Source: an uncultured Gemmatimonadaceae bacterium
Lineage (GTDB): Bacteria > Gemmatimonadota > Gemmatimonadetes > Gemmatimonadales > GWC2-71-9
NCBI GenBank assembly: GCA_964465315.1
Contig: CAYXIK010000001.1
Location: forward strand, 172,479-236,478
Direction: 5' to 3'
Length of the DNA: 64,000 nt
The translations under genes and the position numbers were made by a program. The notes beneath the pieces are model-generated. The model saw nothing but the letters and a program-made list of their open reading frames with translations. It made no database searches and was not told the origin of the DNA. Of the stretch, positions 18,812-28,364 are shown piece after piece (the stretch's first letter is position 1; the number at the start of each line of letters is the position of its first letter).

Positions 18812-19897
18812 TCAGTGCCTCGGGATTGGCGGAATGGAGTCCGTCAGCGGGCCATCGAGCTCGTCATATGCGCGATGCAGAAACCAATCGACGAGATACA
18901 GGTCAAACGCCTGGTTCAAGTCGGGGTCGTCGTGCGTGATCGCGAGCTTGAGATCGCGTACGCTGTCGATCGCGGCGGTGCGAGCCTGCTCGACATCGAG
19001 GCCCCGCGCCTTGGCCTCCCCACCCACACGCAGCAGCCTGCCCAAAAGGCTGATATTCGTCTCGAGCAGCGCCTTACCGCGGAGCGGCTCGCCGTGGCCG
19101 GGCACGAGCGCGTCGGCGTCGAGCGAGTCCATCCGCTCCAACGTGGCAAGCCAGCCCCGAGGATAGCAGCCGAGCGCGAACGAGATCGGATTAACGAGCA
19201 GATCCCCGGTCACCAGGATTCTTTCCTGCGGTAGATAGAGAAACGCGTCCCCGGGGGTGACGGCGCGATCATAGTGCAAGACCTGAATCCGGCGCTCGCC
19301 CAGATGAATCGTGAGCGAGTCGGTGAAGGTGAGGGTGGCGTAGGTGTGGTGCGCGCTGCGTTTCTCCGCGAGAAAGAAGCGGTCGTCCGCGAGGTGACGG
19401 CGCAGCCGCGGCAGGTCGGGTGATCCGGCCGGTGTAGTCGCGATTCGCTGCTCAATCGCGTGGATGTGCTGCGGGATCTGGCTGTCGAGCCCGGGCTGAT
19501 TGAAGGCGAGCGCGGGTCCACTCATCAAGTTGCGAGTCGTCTCGTGGGTGATTATCTCTACATCCGGGAACGCGCGCTGGTAGACCTCCGCGCCGTACCA
19601 ATGATCCCAGTGCCAGTGCGACATGACGAGATATCGCACGGGCGCCCGCGTAAGCTTGCGGATCTCGGCGAGCACGTGGGCGGCCGCGGTTGGTGTGCCG
19701 TTGGCGTCGAACACCAACACGCCGTCGCGCGACAGAATAGCCACGGCATTGCCGTCGAGCCCCACGTCGCTGTACGGCGGCGTGATGAACAGGTAGACAC
19801 CGTCAGCCACTACGATCTTTCGTGGTGGCGGATGGACCACGGCTGACCGTGACGGGGGCATGAGGAGCAGCAGGCTCATCGACAGTGCGCGCAGCAT
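18812..19897 (-). CDS. MBL-fold metallo-hydrolase (exported)
   Basis: I trimmed ORF 18812..20020 to ATG 19897. Signal-like N-terminus. HxHxDH motif (SHWHWDHW) and a distal PGHG. Confidence 0.8.
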   Translation of the reverse strand: MLRALSMSLLLLMPPSRSAVVHPPPRKIVVADGVYLFITPPYSDVGLDGNAVAILSRDGVLVFDANGTPTAAAHVLAEIRKLTRAPVRYLVMSHWHWDHWYGAEVYQRAFPDVEIITHETTRNLMSGPALAFNQPGLDSQIPQHIHAIEQRIATTPAGSPDLPRLRRHLADDRFFLAEKRSAHHTYATLTFTDSLTIHLGERRIQVLHYDRAVTPGDAFLYLPQERILVTGDLLVNPISFALGCYPRGWLATLERMDSLDADALVPGHGEPLRGKALLETNISLLGRLLRVGGEAKARGLDVEQARTAAIDSVRDLKLAITHDDPDLNQAFDLYLVDWFLHRAYDELDGPLTDSIPPIPRH

Positions 19898-19929
19898 GTG
19901 GGGGGCTCCGAAGGGAAGGACTCGGCGAG

Positions 19930-21018
19930 CTACCACGCCGCTGGCACCACGTCGCCCACGATCACGCCGAGCACGGCTTCGGCGAGGGCCTCGGGCGTCG
20001 TCTCGGTCAGGGCGTTCCACTCCGTCGTCGCCACGACGACCAGGTCACGGCTGGGGACGACGTACACGAACTGCCCCCCGTACCCCCAGGCGAAAAACGC
20101 GGCGGGGCCGGCGTCCGACACCCACCAGAGCATGCCGTACGTGACGTCACGCTGCGCGCCCACGGTTATCCGCCAGGGGAAGCGCGGCCGCGTGACCGAG
20201 TCGACCCAGCTCTGAGGCACGACGCTCGCGTCGCCCGACCAACCGCTCTGCAGATACAGCTGACCGAGCTTGAGGAGATCCCGCGCGCGCAGGGCAATCC
20301 CGGAGCCGCCGTTCACGGTGCCACGATCGAGCTCCTCCCATGCGACCGTGTCCACGCCGAGCGCACGGAACAGGTGAGCCGATGCGTACGCGGGCAGCGG
20401 TGTGGCAGCGGCTTCTTGGAGCACCACGCCGAGGGTATGCACCGCCGCTGAGTTGTACGTGAAACCGGCGCCGGGCGGCGTGGCGTGGGGGCGGTCGAGC
20501 AGGTACTGCACGTGGTCGTTAGCGACGATCCAGAGGTTGTAGTCTGGGCCGGTCTCCTCATTCCATTGGTAACCCGACGTCATGGTCAGGAGGTCGTGGA
20601 CCGTCACGGTGCTATCCACGGCGTCGAGGGTATCCGATGCCCCGAGATACGGGGCGATCGTCGTGCCGGTCCCGGGCAGCACTCCGTCCCGCAATGCGGT
20701 GCCGATCAGGGCCGACAGGATGCTCTTCGAGACCGAGCGGACGTCGAAGAGCGTGGTGGAGTCGACGCCGCCGAAGTAGTACTCCGCGACGAGCCGTCCG
20801 TGGCGCGCCACGAGGAGGCTCCTGAACCGGGGGATCGCGGCGGCGTGGCCGGACGCGCTGAGCAGGCCGATCGCGCTGACGCTCACTTCGCCCGGGCTCG
20901 CCCGCAACCACGCCTGCGACAGGTCGATGCGGACAGGAGACGTCGGGGCGGTGGGCGTCTCGCCGCAGCCGGCCGCAACGAGCAACACCGCGAGCCGGAC
21001 GACGCGGTACCGGCCCAT
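19930..21018 (-). CDS. Serine hydrolase lipoprotein (beta-lactamase-like)
   Basis: 362 aa. Lipobox LLVAAGC and SxxK (SVSKSI). Confidence 0.8.
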   Translation of the reverse strand: MGRYRVVRLAVLLVAAGCGETPTAPTSPVRIDLSQAWLRASPGEVSVSAIGLLSASGHAAAIPRFRSLLVARHGRLVAEYYFGGVDSTTLFDVRSVSKSILSALIGTALRDGVLPGTGTTIAPYLGASDTLDAVDSTVTVHDLLTMTSGYQWNEETGPDYNLWIVANDHVQYLLDRPHATPPGAGFTYNSAAVHTLGVVLQEAAATPLPAYASAHLFRALGVDTVAWEELDRGTVNGGSGIALRARDLLKLGQLYLQSGWSGDASVVPQSWVDSVTRPRFPWRITVGAQRDVTYGMLWWVSDAGPAAFFAWGYGGQFVYVVPSRDLVVVATTEWNALTETTPEALAEAVLGVIVGDVVPAAW

Positions 21019-21019
21019 G

Positions 21020-21433
21020 TCAGTGACCGCCCTGCGGCTGCTGCGGGAGCTGGCTTGCCGTCAACGGCACAGCGGCCTTCGTATCGCCGTCCACGGTGAT
21101 CTCGAAGCGGTACGCCCCGGCGTGCGGGAGCGGCACGTCAAACACCAGAATCGCTCCGGCTTCGATGTCGGTAACCCCCGCCGGCGGCTCCGCGAAGTTC
21201 ACCGCGCCGTTGCCCCCGAGCACCTCGGTGTCCTGATCGTCCAGCAGCCGGATCTGCACCTGGTGTTCGCCGATCTCGGTGCGCTTACCTTTGAGGCGCA
21301 GCACCAGATGAAGACGGGGGTGCATCGCGGGAAACTGCTGTACCCAGACGTGCTGGAAGATACCAAGCACGGAAAGCTTGCCCGCCTGATCGACGAGCGC
21401 GTAGTCGGCGATCACGGCGAAGTCGAGATGCAC
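21020..21433 (-). CDS. Hypothetical cytoplasmic protein (no signal peptide)
   Basis: 137 aa ORF packed tightly between neighbours, with 1-2 nt gaps on each side. I cannot assign a family with confidence. Confidence 0.5.
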   Translation of the reverse strand: MHLDFAVIADYALVDQAGKLSVLGIFQHVWVQQFPAMHPRLHLVLRLKGKRTEIGEHQVQIRLLDDQDTEVLGGNGAVNFAEPPAGVTDIEAGAILVFDVPLPHAGAYRFEITVDGDTKAAVPLTASQLPQQPQGGH

Positions 21434-21434
21434 G

Positions 21435-22571
21435 CTACTTCCGGGCGAACGGAATCGACGCGCGGGTCCGCTCCCACTCGAGCTTCAGAACCCCGCCCGA
21501 CCCCTGCGGGTCGATGGCGATAGTGAACTGCTCCACCGGTTGTCCCAGCGCCTCGACCTTCATGTTGAGTCGCGCGAAGTCGTATTTGGCGTCGTACGCG
21601 GTCCCCCATTGCCCGGTGTTTCGGTTGATGATGAGCTTCCAGGCGTCGCGCGCGGGGATGGTCCACAGGGTGTACTTCCCCGCGGGCACCGTCGTCCCAC
21701 CGATGATCAGGTCGGCGCTGGTCTCGAACACCGTCGCCTGGTTTGCGCCGGTGCGCCACACCTGGTTCCACGGCACCACGTTGCCGAAGATCACGCGCCC
21801 GCGCGTGGACGGTCGGCTGTAGCGCACCGACAGTAGGACGCCCGCCACGTTCGCCCGAACCGAATCGCTAGGCGATAACGTGCCCAGCGAGCGGGATGCG
21901 AAGGACTTGCCGAGGGCGTCGAGATCGAGGCCGCGCACGCGCTCGACGGTGATCTGTGCCGTGCCTCCGATGCCGGTGACGCCGAGCAGGGTGCCGCGCT
22001 CGTCGGCGCGGGCGCGGAGGGGGCCGATGGCGCCCAGCATCATGGTCAGGGAGTCGCCACCCCGACGACTCACGGTCACGGGCATGGGGTCCGTGTCACC
22101 CAGCGCGAGCATAGTAGTGGTGTATTGATCGCCGCCGGCGGCGCGGGCGCGGCGCGCGACCTCCTCCACGAGTCCGAATGCCTGGCCAAGGTAGGGGAGC
22201 GCGCCGGGGCCCACGCGCGCCCGGACGACCAGCGTCGAATCGCCGCTGGGCACCGTGGCCACCGCGGAGTCACCCTGGAACGTCTCCGTGGCCCTGGTTT
22301 CCGCCGGACCGGGCGCACCCGACACGTTGTGGGTGACGAGCTCGAACCGCTGAGCCGCGCCACCGGGACCGAAGCTGACGGTGTAGATGCGATGCACCGT
22401 GCGCGGGCTCCTGACGACCTGCTCTCCCTGAAGCCGGTCTGCGGTGCGCGTGTACTGCTCGATCGCGAGGGTATCACGACCCAACCGGACGACAAACTGC
22501 CCGGACTGACCGGGAAGCGCCCCGGGCGCGAGGAGCGCGGCGAGGAGGAGGGTGCGGGGCGCACGGCTCAT
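21435..22571 (-). CDS. Exported DUF2911-domain protein
   Basis: 378 aa with a signal peptide. The C-terminal motif VVPWNQVWRTGANQATVFETSADLIIGGTTVPAGKYTLWTIP is typical of DUF2911. Confidence 0.75.
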   Translation of the reverse strand: MSRAPRTLLLAALLAPGALPGQSGQFVVRLGRDTLAIEQYTRTADRLQGEQVVRSPRTVHRIYTVSFGPGGAAQRFELVTHNVSGAPGPAETRATETFQGDSAVATVPSGDSTLVVRARVGPGALPYLGQAFGLVEEVARRARAAGGDQYTTTMLALGDTDPMPVTVSRRGGDSLTMMLGAIGPLRARADERGTLLGVTGIGGTAQITVERVRGLDLDALGKSFASRSLGTLSPSDSVRANVAGVLLSVRYSRPSTRGRVIFGNVVPWNQVWRTGANQATVFETSADLIIGGTTVPAGKYTLWTIPARDAWKLIINRNTGQWGTAYDAKYDFARLNMKVEALGQPVEQFTIAIDPQGSGGVLKLEWERTRASIPFARK

Positions 22572-23737
22572 GTCTGCTTCCTTGTGAAGGGAATCAAGAT
22601 CCGCGTCGTCTCCCAGTCCACTTGCACCACGCCGCCTCTCCCCTGGGGGATAACTGCGATCGTGAACTGCTCGACTGCTCGCGGCAAGGACTGGGTCTGG
22701 ACGTCCACGCGCACCAGGTCCGAGTCAGCGGCGTAATCGGTGCCCCATAAGCGGGCGCGCGTGGGCAGGTTGCACGCGTCGCCCCCGCACGGCGCCAGGA
22801 TTTCCCGGTTGACGATGAGCTTCCAGCCGCCCGGCGACGGCAGGGTCCACAGGGTGTAGCTCCCCTTAGGGATCGTCTGCCCGCCGATGATGAGATCGGC
22901 GGATGTCGTGAAGCGCGTGGCGAAGTTGGCGCCGGTGCGCCACACCTGATTCCACGGTACGACGCCCCCGAAGATTCTGCGGCCCCGCATGGATGGCCGC
23001 CCGTAGTCGATCGCGATCCGGGCCCCATCGATCTCCGCGCGGACCGAGTCCGGCGGCGAGAGCTGGCCCAGCGGCCGGTCGGCGTGCGCCGCTGCGAACG
23101 CAGCGACATCCACCCTGGGCACGCGGGCGGCGATCACCTTCTGCGTGGTCAGTCGCCCGTCGACGCCCCGGATCCGGCCTGCGGCATCCACCTTGAAGAG
23201 CGTCGGCTGGTCGCCCTCGAACGCGACACCCATGGAGTCGGGAGTAGGGAACGTCACGGTAAGGTCGAACGGGGCGGTAGAGCCGAAGCTCAGGACCGGG
23301 ACCTTGACCGGAGACCCGCCGAGCTTTCGCGCACGCACACCGTACTGGTCGTACAACGCGTAGCAAAAATTGATGAACGGCACCGCGCCTTGCGGCGTCA
23401 TGACGTGCGCGGTGCTCGTCTGGCCGTTTCGGGTGACGTCGATGAACGCCTCCTCCTTCGTGAAGCGCGCCACGACGTGGCTGGCCGGCACGTCGGTAGA
23501 CCCGAGGGGCTGGTTGTCGACCTCGAGCCGGCTGATGAGGCCGTCCGCGCCCAAGTCCCCGACGAAGTGGCGGGAGATCACGGGCGCTCGATCGCGCATG
23601 ACCATATCGTCCACGACCCGATCGGCGGTGCGGGTGTAGCGCTCGACGCCGATCGTGTCCTTCCCGAGCGTGATGACGAAGGTTCCGCTATCGGCCGCCT
23701 GGGCGACGCCGGCGAGTAGCAACAGTGACAAGAGCAT
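22568..23737 (-). CDS. Exported DUF2911-domain protein (paralogue of 21435..22571)
   Basis: 389 aa. Same two-domain layout (FVITLGKDTIGVERYTRTADR... and VVPWNQVWRTGANFATRFTTSADLIIGGQTIPKGSYTLWTLP). 4-nt overlap with its paralogue. Confidence 0.75.
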   Translation of the reverse strand: MLLSLLLLAGVAQAADSGTFVITLGKDTIGVERYTRTADRVVDDMVMRDRAPVISRHFVGDLGADGLISRLEVDNQPLGSTDVPASHVVARFTKEEAFIDVTRNGQTSTAHVMTPQGAVPFINFCYALYDQYGVRARKLGGSPVKVPVLSFGSTAPFDLTVTFPTPDSMGVAFEGDQPTLFKVDAAGRIRGVDGRLTTQKVIAARVPRVDVAAFAAAHADRPLGQLSPPDSVRAEIDGARIAIDYGRPSMRGRRIFGGVVPWNQVWRTGANFATRFTTSADLIIGGQTIPKGSYTLWTLPSPGGWKLIVNREILAPCGGDACNLPTRARLWGTDYAADSDLVRVDVQTQSLPRAVEQFTIAVIPQGRGGVVQVDWETTRILIPFTRKQT

Positions 23738-23753
23738 GCAAGTCTCCGGTTGG

Positions 23754-24206
23754 CTAATGCACCCGAATCGATTTCACTTCGTCGTTCTGCGCAATCTTGT
23801 TCACCACGTCCAGGCCCTTCGTTACCTGTCCGAAAACCGTGTGGACACGGTCAAGATGTGGCTGGGGAGAATGGCAAATGAAGAACTGGCTGCCGCCAGT
23901 GTTCTTGCCGGCGTGGGCCATGGAGAGCGTGCCCGCCACGTGCTTGTGCACGTTCTTTTCGGTCTCGCACTTGATGGTGTAGCCGGGTCCACCGGTGCCG
24001 ACCGGCCCCTTGCCACTCTTCGAGTAGGGGTCTCCGCCTTGGATCATGAAGTTGGCGATCACGCGGTGAAACTTGGTGCCGTCGTAGAAGCCAGAATTCG
24101 CGAGCTTCGCAAAGTTGGCCACTGTGTTGGGCACTTCATCGGCGAAGAGCTCGACGTCGATCCGGCCCTTCGCGGTCTCGAATATGGCCTGCTTGGTGGG
24201 CATCAT
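23754..24206 (-). CDS. Cyclophilin-type peptidyl-prolyl cis-trans isomerase
   Basis: I trimmed ORF 23754..24419 to ATG 24206 (ATGA overlap with the AKR stop). [15 protein letters not shown] ... [19 protein letters not shown]. Confidence 0.9.
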   Translation of the reverse strand: MMPTKQAIFETAKGRIDVELFADEVPNTVANFAKLANSGFYDGTKFHRVIANFMIQGGDPYSKSGKGPVGTGGPGYTIKCETEKNVHKHVAGTLSMAHAGKNTGGSQFFICHSPQPHLDRVHTVFGQVTKGLDVVNKIAQNDEVKSIRVH

Positions 24207-25174
24207 CGCTCCAATGAGAGGTTTTCCTCCACCTGCGCGATGGTCTTCATTCCCACAATCACGACCGAGACCGCCTCGTTGTCCAGTACGAACCGCAACG
24301 CCAGCTGCGCGGGAGTGACCCCCGCCTGACCCGCGAGCTCTTTCACGCGCTCCCCCAGCGCCGCGATCTGGGTCACGTAGGGACGCGGCATGCGGGCACG
24401 GATGTCGCCCTTTTCCCACGTGCTGGCAGGACCGTACTTGCCGGCGAGCAGCCCGTTGGCGAGCGGCTCCCGCGCGATGACGGCCACGTTCGCGGCGCGC
24501 GCGGCGGGAAAAACGCGGTCTTCCGCCTCGCGGCGGATCATGTTGTAGACGATCTGCACCGCGTCGGGCCGCGTCACCTCCACGGCGGCGAGTCCTTCTT
24601 CGGGCGTATGCACCGATACACCGTAGAACCGGATCTTCCCTTCTTGCTTCAGGTCCTCGAGGACTTGGTAGGTCTCGGGGTTCGCGGTCAGGCCGAGCGC
24701 CGGATTGTGCAGCTGCAGCAGGTCGATGTAATCGGTGCGTAACCGGCCGAGGGATCGCTCGACGGCGAAGCGGATGTATCCCGGGGAGAAGTTGGCGTCA
24801 TGGGTGATCGGGAGCGGGGCATCGGGTGCGACCTGTGTGAGCGGGCGGTCGAAGACGTCGGCGAGGCGGCCGAGGAGCAGGGGATTGACGTCGCGGTTGT
24901 AGAAATTGCCCCCGACCTTGGTCGCGACAATCACATCCTTGCGGATGCCCTCGAACGTCTCGCCCAAGATCTCTTCGGAGTGGCCGTGCCCGTACACATC
25001 GGCCGTGTCGAAGAAGTTGCATCCCAGCTCGTATGCGCGCCGCACAGCGCGCCGCGATTCCGCGTCGTCGGTAGCGCCGTACGAGTTCCCGAACCGGTTT
25101 CCGCCGATGGCCCAGGCGCCGAACCCGATGGGACTCACGGCGAGTCCCGTGCGTCCGAGCACCCGGCGCGTCAC
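24203..25174 (-). CDS. Aldo/keto reductase
   Basis: I trimmed ORF 24203..25477 to GTG 25174 (GTGA overlap). [20 protein letters not shown]..., [25 protein letters not shown]. Confidence 0.85.
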   Translation of the reverse strand: MTRRVLGRTGLAVSPIGFGAWAIGGNRFGNSYGATDDAESRRAVRRAYELGCNFFDTADVYGHGHSEEILGETFEGIRKDVIVATKVGGNFYNRDVNPLLLGRLADVFDRPLTQVAPDAPLPITHDANFSPGYIRFAVERSLGRLRTDYIDLLQLHNPALGLTANPETYQVLEDLKQEGKIRFYGVSVHTPEEGLAAVEVTRPDAVQIVYNMIRREAEDRVFPAARAANVAVIAREPLANGLLAGKYGPASTWEKGDIRARMPRPYVTQIAALGERVKELAGQAGVTPAQLALRFVLDNEAVSVVIVGMKTIAQVEENLSLER

Positions 25175-27153
25175 GAGAGCAGCGTGCCCAGTGCCTCGGG
25201 CGTGACGACCGGGAGCGAGCAGGTCGTGCCGAGGCACACCGTGGCCACCGGTCGCTCCGCGATCTTCCGGATGACAACCTTCCGGGGCCGATACGCCTGC
25301 AGAGCGACGAGGTGCATGTCGCACGCCGCCCCATGTCCCTTCGCGCCCGACACCTCGACCCTGGTCACGGGATTCAACGCCCAATCGACGGCGGACAGGA
25401 GCGTGGCCCCGTACAGGGCGAACTGTCCCGCCGTCCCACCAAACGTCCGGAGCTGCCGGTCGAGCAGGCGACGCCATTCGGCGTCGTCAGTGAGGGCCCA
25501 GAGCCGCGCCAACGCCAGGGCCGCGACTCCGTTTCCGGACGGCGTGGGGGCGTCCTGGATCGGCTTGGCAGGGGTGGCGAGATAGGCAGCGCCGCCACGA
25601 CCGCGTCCCACGTCGAAGAACCCGCCCTTCTCCTCGTCCCAGTGAGCGCGGCTACAGTAGTGTATCGCGGCCGTCGCTCGGGTGAGCCAGGCGTCGTCGC
25701 CCGTTGCCTCGTATGCGTCGAGGAACGCGCACGCGGCGTAGACGTTGTCCTCGAGGAGCCCGCGCGGCTCGGCACGCCCGACCACGTGGCTCATGCCACC
25801 AGCCTCATCCCACGCCTCGGCCCAGATTCGGGACAGGACTTTGAGCGAAACGGTGTTGCAGTCGGGGCGGTCGAGCACGGCACCTGCGTGCAGAAAAGCG
25901 GAGGCCATCATCGCGTTCCAGTTGACGTACGGCGTCGTGTCGACATACGGCGCCTTGCGCCGGTCGCGTGCGGCCTTGAGCTTCCGCAGCGCTTCCTTGA
26001 GCACCCACCATTCATCGTCGCCGGCCGGGTCGGCCTTCCACCACAGTACGTTCTTCTCGTGATCGTGGTGCATCTCTCCGGGCACTTCGACATCGAACAT
26101 GCGCCGCACGACGTCGAACTCCCGCTCGGACAGCACGGCCTTCATTTCATCCGGCGTCCAAGTCCAATAGTTCCCGTCGTCGCCGAACGCCACGTCCGCA
26201 TCCTGAGACGTGTAAAACGCCCCGGCGTCGCCGTCGGACAACACCTCCTGCACCCAGGCTACGATGCCGAGGGCGACGTCCTTGAAAAGGGGATTCCTGA
26301 GCGCGGCGTAGCCGTCGAGGTATGCATGCAGGAGCTCCGAGTTGTCGTACGCCATCTTCTCGAAGTGCGGGACAATCCAGCGCTCGTCCACCGAGTACCG
26401 ATGGAACCCGCCACCCACGTGGTCCCGGATCCCGCCCTTCGCCATGCCGGTGAGGGTCTGCTCCACCACCTGCCGCATCCAGTCCGCCTGTGTATCGAAC
26501 CAGCGCGCGAGGAGGAATCGAACGCCCGCCGGGTGGGGGAACTTGGGGGCGGTGCCGAAGCCCCCGTACCGGATGTCGAACAGCCGTGCCATCTCCCCCG
26601 CCGCGCGGTCGAGGAGTTCGAGCGTGATCTCGCCGGCCTTCGCCTCGTCCAGGGCCTCGGCCACGTGCCGGCGGATGGCGGTGGCGTTTTCTCTCACCTT
26701 CTCGCGCTGCTGGCGATAGATCCCCGCCACCTGCTTGAGCACTGAGACGAACCCGGGCCGGCCGTAGTGGTTCTCCTCTGGGGGGAAGTACGTGCCGCCG
26801 AAGAAGACCTCGCCCTCGGGCGTCAAGAACGCGGTGAGCGGCCAGCCGCCCTGGCCGGTCAAGGCCTGCACGGCCCGCTGATAGCGCGCATCGACGTCGG
26901 GCCGCTCGTCGCGATCGACCTTGATGCACACGAACTCGCGATTCAGGAGCTCGGCCACTTCGGGATCCTCGTACGATTCGCCATCCATCACGTGACACCA
27001 GTGGCACCAGACGGCACCGATGTCGAGCAGGATCGGCTTGTCTTCAGCCCGCGCGCGCGAGAACGCAGCCTCGCTCCAGGGGTGCCAATGCACCGGCTGG
27101 TGGGCGGCGGACTTGAGATAGGCGGAGGGTTCGGAAGCGAGGAGGTTCGGCAT
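25171..27153 (-). CDS. Thioredoxin-domain protein of the DUF255/YyaL family (thioredoxin-like N-domain plus alpha/alpha-toroid)
   Basis: 660 aa. HQPVHWHPWSEAAFSRARAEDKPILLDIGAVWCHWCHVM is the hallmark N-terminus of this family. Confidence 0.85.
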   Translation of the reverse strand: MPNLLASEPSAYLKSAAHQPVHWHPWSEAAFSRARAEDKPILLDIGAVWCHWCHVMDGESYEDPEVAELLNREFVCIKVDRDERPDVDARYQRAVQALTGQGGWPLTAFLTPEGEVFFGGTYFPPEENHYGRPGFVSVLKQVAGIYRQQREKVRENATAIRRHVAEALDEAKAGEITLELLDRAAGEMARLFDIRYGGFGTAPKFPHPAGVRFLLARWFDTQADWMRQVVEQTLTGMAKGGIRDHVGGGFHRYSVDERWIVPHFEKMAYDNSELLHAYLDGYAALRNPLFKDVALGIVAWVQEVLSDGDAGAFYTSQDADVAFGDDGNYWTWTPDEMKAVLSEREFDVVRRMFDVEVPGEMHHDHEKNVLWWKADPAGDDEWWVLKEALRKLKAARDRRKAPYVDTTPYVNWNAMMASAFLHAGAVLDRPDCNTVSLKVLSRIWAEAWDEAGGMSHVVGRAEPRGLLEDNVYAACAFLDAYEATGDDAWLTRATAAIHYCSRAHWDEEKGGFFDVGRGRGGAAYLATPAKPIQDAPTPSGNGVAALALARLWALTDDAEWRRLLDRQLRTFGGTAGQFALYGATLLSAVDWALNPVTRVEVSGAKGHGAACDMHLVALQAYRPRKVVIRKIAERPVATVCLGTTCSLPVVTPEALGTLLS

Positions 27154-27163
27154 TCGGGGAAAG

Positions 27164-28351
27164 CTAACCCTTCAAATACCGCACCACCGTCTGCGAGAGC
27201 AGCTCCGTCCCGATCACGAGGCTTTCCTCGTCGATATCGAACGTCGGGCTGTGATGAGGCGACGCCTTCCCATCGGGGCGCGCCGACCCGACGAACGCGA
27301 ATGCGCCCGGCACTTTGGCGAGAAAGAAGGACATGTCCTCTCCGCCCATTGTGCGGACACCTTCCGCGAGCCGCTCGGGGCCGACGATATCGCGCGCCGC
27401 GTCCTTCATGAGCACGGTCATCGCGGCGTCGTTCACCAGCGGTTTGGTCATCCGCCGATAACGCACCTCCGCGCCCGCTCCGAACGCCCGAGCGATCCCC
27501 TGAGCCGTCTCCTCGAGAAGCCTGGGCACCTCGTCGTAGAACTTGCCGCCGAACGTTCGCACGGTACCGCGCAGGTCGGCCCGACCGGGGATGACGTTGA
27601 ACGCGTGCCCCGCGTTCACCTGCGTGACCGAGATGACACCTTCCTCGAACGGATTGCGGCGCCGAGAGATGAGGCCTTGCAGGCCCGTCACGACGTGGGC
27701 CGCGATCAGCACGGGATCGATCGCTTGGTGCGGCGCGGCCGCGTGGCCGCCCTTCCCGAGGATCGCGATCTCGAACTCGTCCACGGAGGCCATCACCGGC
27801 CCGGCCGTGAGGGCGATGGTGCCGACCGGCAAGTCGTTCCACAGGTGGATCCCGAACGCGGCGTCGACGGTCGGCGTTTCCAGCACGCCCGCAGCGATCA
27901 TCGCCTCCGCTCCGTTCGAGATCTCCTCGGCGGGCTGGAACGCGAACTTCACCCCGCCCGGGAGGAATGCGGCGTGCAGCCGCCGCGCCACCTCGAGCCC
28001 GATCGCGACGTGCCCGTCGTGCCCGCACGCGTGCATCTTGCCCGCGTGCGTCGAGCGGTACGGGACGTCGTTCGCCTCCTCGAGGGGGAGCGCGTCCATA
28101 TCGGCGCGGATCAGCACGCAGCGCGACCGACCCTTGGCCGCGCCGTCGCGCAGCCCCACGACGCCGGTCCTCCCGACCCCCGTTTGCACTGAGTAGCCGA
28201 GCTTGCCGAGCCGCTCCGCCACGAGCGTGCTGGTGCGGCGCTCCTCGAAGCCCAGCTCGGGGTGTTGGTGGAGATCGCGGCGGGTCGCGACCAATTGGGC
28301 GCGGTCGATGGGCGGGAGGGTCGATGTCATGCGGGCTTCTTGGTCTCGCAC
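27164..28351 (-). CDS. M20-family amidohydrolase (hippurate hydrolase / N-acyl-amino-acid amidohydrolase-like)
   Basis: 395 aa. RRDLHQHPELGFEE, IRADMDALP, MHACGHDGH. The start is either GTG 28351 or ATG 28330. Confidence 0.85.
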   Translation of the reverse strand: MRDQEARMTSTLPPIDRAQLVATRRDLHQHPELGFEERRTSTLVAERLGKLGYSVQTGVGRTGVVGLRDGAAKGRSRCVLIRADMDALPLEEANDVPYRSTHAGKMHACGHDGHVAIGLEVARRLHAAFLPGGVKFAFQPAEEISNGAEAMIAAGVLETPTVDAAFGIHLWNDLPVGTIALTAGPVMASVDEFEIAILGKGGHAAAPHQAIDPVLIAAHVVTGLQGLISRRRNPFEEGVISVTQVNAGHAFNVIPGRADLRGTVRTFGGKFYDEVPRLLEETAQGIARAFGAGAEVRYRRMTKPLVNDAAMTVLMKDAARDIVGPERLAEGVRTMGGEDMSFFLAKVPGAFAFVGSARPDGKASPHHSPTFDIDEESLVIGTELLSQTVVRYLKG

Positions 28352-28364
28352 CTCGTCGGGGACC

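Noticed and set aside
17375-21018. Calling the three beta-lactamase-fold genes an antibiotic-resistance island
   Set aside because: SxxK and HxHxDH motifs are shared by many non-lactamase esterases, peptidases and lactonases. There is no mobile-element context. The cluster is kept only as a context observation.
25312-26745. 477-aa plus-strand ORF antisense to the DUF255 gene. Similar long antisense ORFs occur at 32890..34248, 43304..44668, 58196..59767, 59313..60683, 26988..28028 and 36589..37818.
   Set aside because: Their composition is dominated by Arg, Gly, Pro and Ala, they have no recognisable motifs, and each lies opposite a gene with clear family signatures. This is the typical stop-codon-poor antisense artefact of very GC-rich DNA.
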